DNA of 15,685 nucleotides from a virus (Duplodnaviria; Heunggongvirae; Uroviricota; Caudoviricetes): IMG/VR virus record IMGVR_UViG_3300028453_000035; one strand, 5' to 3'. Shown piece by piece: positions 13,906 to 15,685 of this stretch (position 1 is its first letter; each line of letters starts with the position of its first letter). The notes under the pieces were generated by a model. It saw only the letters and a program-made list of their open reading frames with translations, ran no database searches and was not told where the DNA came from. The position numbers and the translations under genes were made by a program.

Positions 13906-14280
13906 ATGGAATTTAAAGATTTACCAATGCCATTCCAGGAAATGGCAGCGAATGTGGTTCGCTCTCAACTGGCGACTCTTGACCTGAGTACCGTAGAAAA
14001 AGAAACCATCGACAATATATCTGGTAACGTACGCCGAGCCTTTATCGGGCTGTACGAAGAGAAGCAGCTCTCTGATAACCAGGATTTACATGAAAAATAC
14101 TTTCTGGAATTAATGGACATCATTAATAAAGGATTTGGCTTGTTAATGAAAAAGAAAGGGATTCGAATAGCTCCCCTTGAAAATCATTTTACAGCAAGCA
14201 GTATTAATTCCTGTGATTTAAAGCATCACACATCCGATGGGAAAGTTGAATCAAACAACAAAATATCAATTAATCATTAA
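13906..14280 (+). CDS. Hypothetical protein (124 aa) between ydfC-like and DicF
   Basis: ATG 13906 with gagg SD; no recognisable motif. Confidence 0.5.
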   Translation: MEFKDLPMPFQEMAANVVRSQLATLDLSTVEKETIDNISGNVRRAFIGLYEEKQLSDNQDLHEKYFLELMDIINKGFGLLMKKKGIRIAPLENHFTASSINSCDLKHHTSDGKVESNNKISINH

Positions 14281-14585
14281 TTTATTCACAGGTGAGGTAG
14301 AGTGCGTGCGCCGGACACGGATAAGAATCCGGCACTGACAGTTTACTGAAAAGGATATATCCCTGAAAAGTCAGGGCATAACACGAAAGCGCCCGGAGAA
14401 GTTAGTCTCTCTGTATAGGTCGTCGTTAAATTTAATTCGATCGTGCGCTTCCGGTTGTGGCAATCCGCGAAATGGCGCGGCGGTAAGTATGGCGGGGTTA
14501 TTCCTTCCCCCGTTGAGGACACCGGGTTGTCAGGTTGACCATACGCTTAAGTGACAACTCCGCTGCAACGCCCTCTGTTATCAAT

Positions 14586-14643
14586 TTTCTGGTGACTTTT
14601 GGCGGTATCAGTTTTACTCCGTGACTGCTCTGCCGCCCTTTTT
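14586..14643 (+). ncRNA. dicF: DicF small RNA (ftsZ-targeting sRNA of the dicB operon)
   Basis: Sequence tttctggtgacttttggcggtatcagttttactccgtgactgctctgccgccc followed by TTTTT closely matches the DicF sequence as I recall it. Located upstream of dicB as in Qin. Confidence 0.75.
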
Positions 14644-14720
14644 AAAGTGAATTTTGTGATGCGGTGAATGCGGCTAAGCGCACGCGGAACAGTTAAAACC
14701 AAAACAGTGTTATGGGTGGA

Positions 14721-14730
14721 NNNNNNNNNN
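14721..14730. other. Assembly gap (10 N)
   Basis: Literal n run; true length unknown. Confidence 1.
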
Positions 14731-14753
14731 CGTCCTCAACAATGAATTTTGTG
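14731..14753. repeat. Left arm of a perfect 23-bp inverted repeat, starting immediately at the gap edge
   Basis: cgtcctcaacaatgaattttgtg is the exact reverse complement of 14828-14850. Confidence 0.8.
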
Positions 14754-14827
14754 TTATGGGTGGATTCTCTTTATCCGGCGTTAATTGTTAACTGGTTAAC
14801 GTCACCTGGAGGCACCAGGCACTGCAT

Positions 14828-14850
14828 CACAAAATTCATTGTTGAGGACG
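14828..14850. repeat. Right arm of the 23-bp inverted repeat, overlapping the dicB ribosome-binding region
   Basis: cacaaaattcattgttgaggacg; the gagga within it is 9 nt upstream of the dicB ATG. Confidence 0.8.
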
Positions 14851-14855
14851 CGATA

Positions 14856-15044
14856 ATGGAAACGTTATTACCAAACGTTAATACGTCTGAAGGTTGTTTT
14901 GATATTGGTGTTCTGCTCAGTAACCGGGAGTTTACTGAAGATGCCATTAATATGAGGAAATATGAGCCTTATCTGCTCAATGATAATTCCATACTTTCCC
15001 GAATTGCTCTTCTTGAACTTGGTATTTTCGGAGAACGTCAATGA
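14856..15044 (+). CDS. dicB: DicB cell-division inhibitor (62 aa)
   Basis: METLLPNVNTSEGCF...TEDAIN matches the DicB N-terminus as I recall it. The track ORF is extended upstream through the gap. Confidence 0.8.
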   Translation: METLLPNVNTSEGCFDIGVLLSNREFTEDAINMRKYEPYLLNDNSILSRIALLELGIFGERQ

Positions 15045-15229
15045 CTTCAGCATTTGCACTGATGATGACGGTTTTTCTTATAACGGGTGAATCACAGAAT
15101 GTGATTACCGGAATTTATGCAAGTAAAGAATCCTGCCTCCAGGCAAGAGACGAGCAAAAATTTTCTGGTGAATGCCTCCCGCTAAAAAAAGTATCGCTGT
15201 ACCTGAATAACGAAACACCGGCTGGATAA
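15041..15229 (+). CDS. ydfD: YdfD-like small protein (62 aa)
   Basis: ATG 15041 overlaps the dicB stop (ATGA). MTSAFAL... N-terminus and size match ydfD, which follows dicB in Qin. Confidence 0.7.
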   Translation: MTSAFALMMTVFLITGESQNVITGIYASKESCLQARDEQKFSGECLPLKKVSLYLNNETPAG

Positions 15230-15324
15230 CCCTCCAGCCATATTAACACCATACCAACGGATTAAAAATGCCAGCAATGGCAGGGATTCGTTCACCCTGA
15301 AATCTGTAATGAGGTTAAAACAAA

Positions 15325-15685
15325 ATGAGTAAGGTCTTTATTTGCGCTGCTATTCCTGATGAACAGGCCATAAAAGAAGATAGCGCTGTTGCGGTGGCCA
15401 CTGCCATTGAAGCTGGTGATGAGCGTCGCGCACGCGCAAAATTTCATTGGCAATTTCTGGAGCAATTCCCTGCAGCTCAGGACTGCGCTTATAAATTTAT
15501 TGTCTGTGAGGATAAACCCGGCATACCCCGCCCTGCCCTCGATTCCTGGGATGCTGAATATATGCAGGAAAACCGCTGGGATGAGGCGTCTGCTTCCTTT
15601 GTCCCGGTTGAGACTGAATCCGATCCGATGAACGTCACTTTTGACAAGCTGTCCCCTGAAGTACAGAACGCTGTCATGGTTAAGT
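15325..15685 (+). CDS. YdfE-like protein, 5' portion only (open to the end of the window)
   Basis: ATG 15325 (gagg 10 nt upstream); the frame stays open through 15685. Position after ydfD suggests ydfE-like, but I cannot verify the sequence. Confidence 0.5.
   Translation, partial: MSKVFICAAIPDEQAIKEDSAVAVATAIEAGDERRARAKFHWQFLEQFPAAQDCAYKFIVCEDKPGIPRPALDSWDAEYMQENRWDEASASFVPVETESDPMNVTFDKLSPEVQNAVMVK

Noticed and set aside
14281..14585. Possible retron msr/msd or other structured ncRNA in the GC-rich non-coding stretch upstream of DicF
   Set aside because: No reverse transcriptase gene nearby. The region is most simply the processed leader of the DicF precursor within the dicB operon transcript.
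14712..14855. Upstream extension of the dicB ORF through the N gap (track start 14712)
   Set aside because: It includes ambiguous bases and the inverted-repeat spacer; the ATG at 14856 has an SD and gives the expected 62-aa DicB.
14868..15677. ORFs 14868..15059(-), 15389..15631(+), 15489..15677(-)
   Set aside because: Antisense or alternative-frame overlaps of dicB, ydfD and the open ydfE-like frame.
1..15685. CRISPR arrays, tRNA or rRNA genes
   Set aside because: No regularly spaced direct repeats with unique spacers and no cloverleaf-like or rRNA-like segments seen anywhere in the window.

Overview
This window reads as the early/regulatory region of a Qin/DicB-type lambdoid prophage of an Escherichia-like host. 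The plus strand carries a CI/DicA-like repressor (12403..13077) followed by a dicB-type operon: ydfA/ydfB/ydfC-like small genes, a 124-aa ORF, DicF sRNA, dicB, ydfD and a truncated ydfE-like ORF. The minus strand carries the divergent operon: Cro/DicC-like, YdaT/CII-like, a replication initiator with embedded ori iterons, three small genes, then hok/mok, a rem-like ORF, a YdfU-like DUF968 protein, RusA, a 230-aa protein in the Q position with a promoter/terminator pair downstream, a MazF/PemK-like protein, a small HTH protein and a DPPY DNA methyltransferase. Two things interrupt this backbone. An intact IS186 (5008..6345) with target-site duplication sits 22 bp downstream of hok. An AT-rich island (about 6600..9650) holds a translationally coupled three-gene plus-strand operon (6870..9020) with no family I can assign, converging on a minus-strand HTH gene (9017..9538). 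That operon occupies the slot next to hok where K-12 Qin carries relBE, and is my main candidate for an undescribed defense or addiction system. Other notable points are a Ser-to-Ala substitution at the S24 nucleophile position of the repressor, three copies of a GTAAC-N4-GTTAC operator palindrome, and an assembly gap (14721..14730) abutting a perfect 23-bp inverted repeat. All protein family calls are from motif recognition by eye and recalled sequences; no database search was run.
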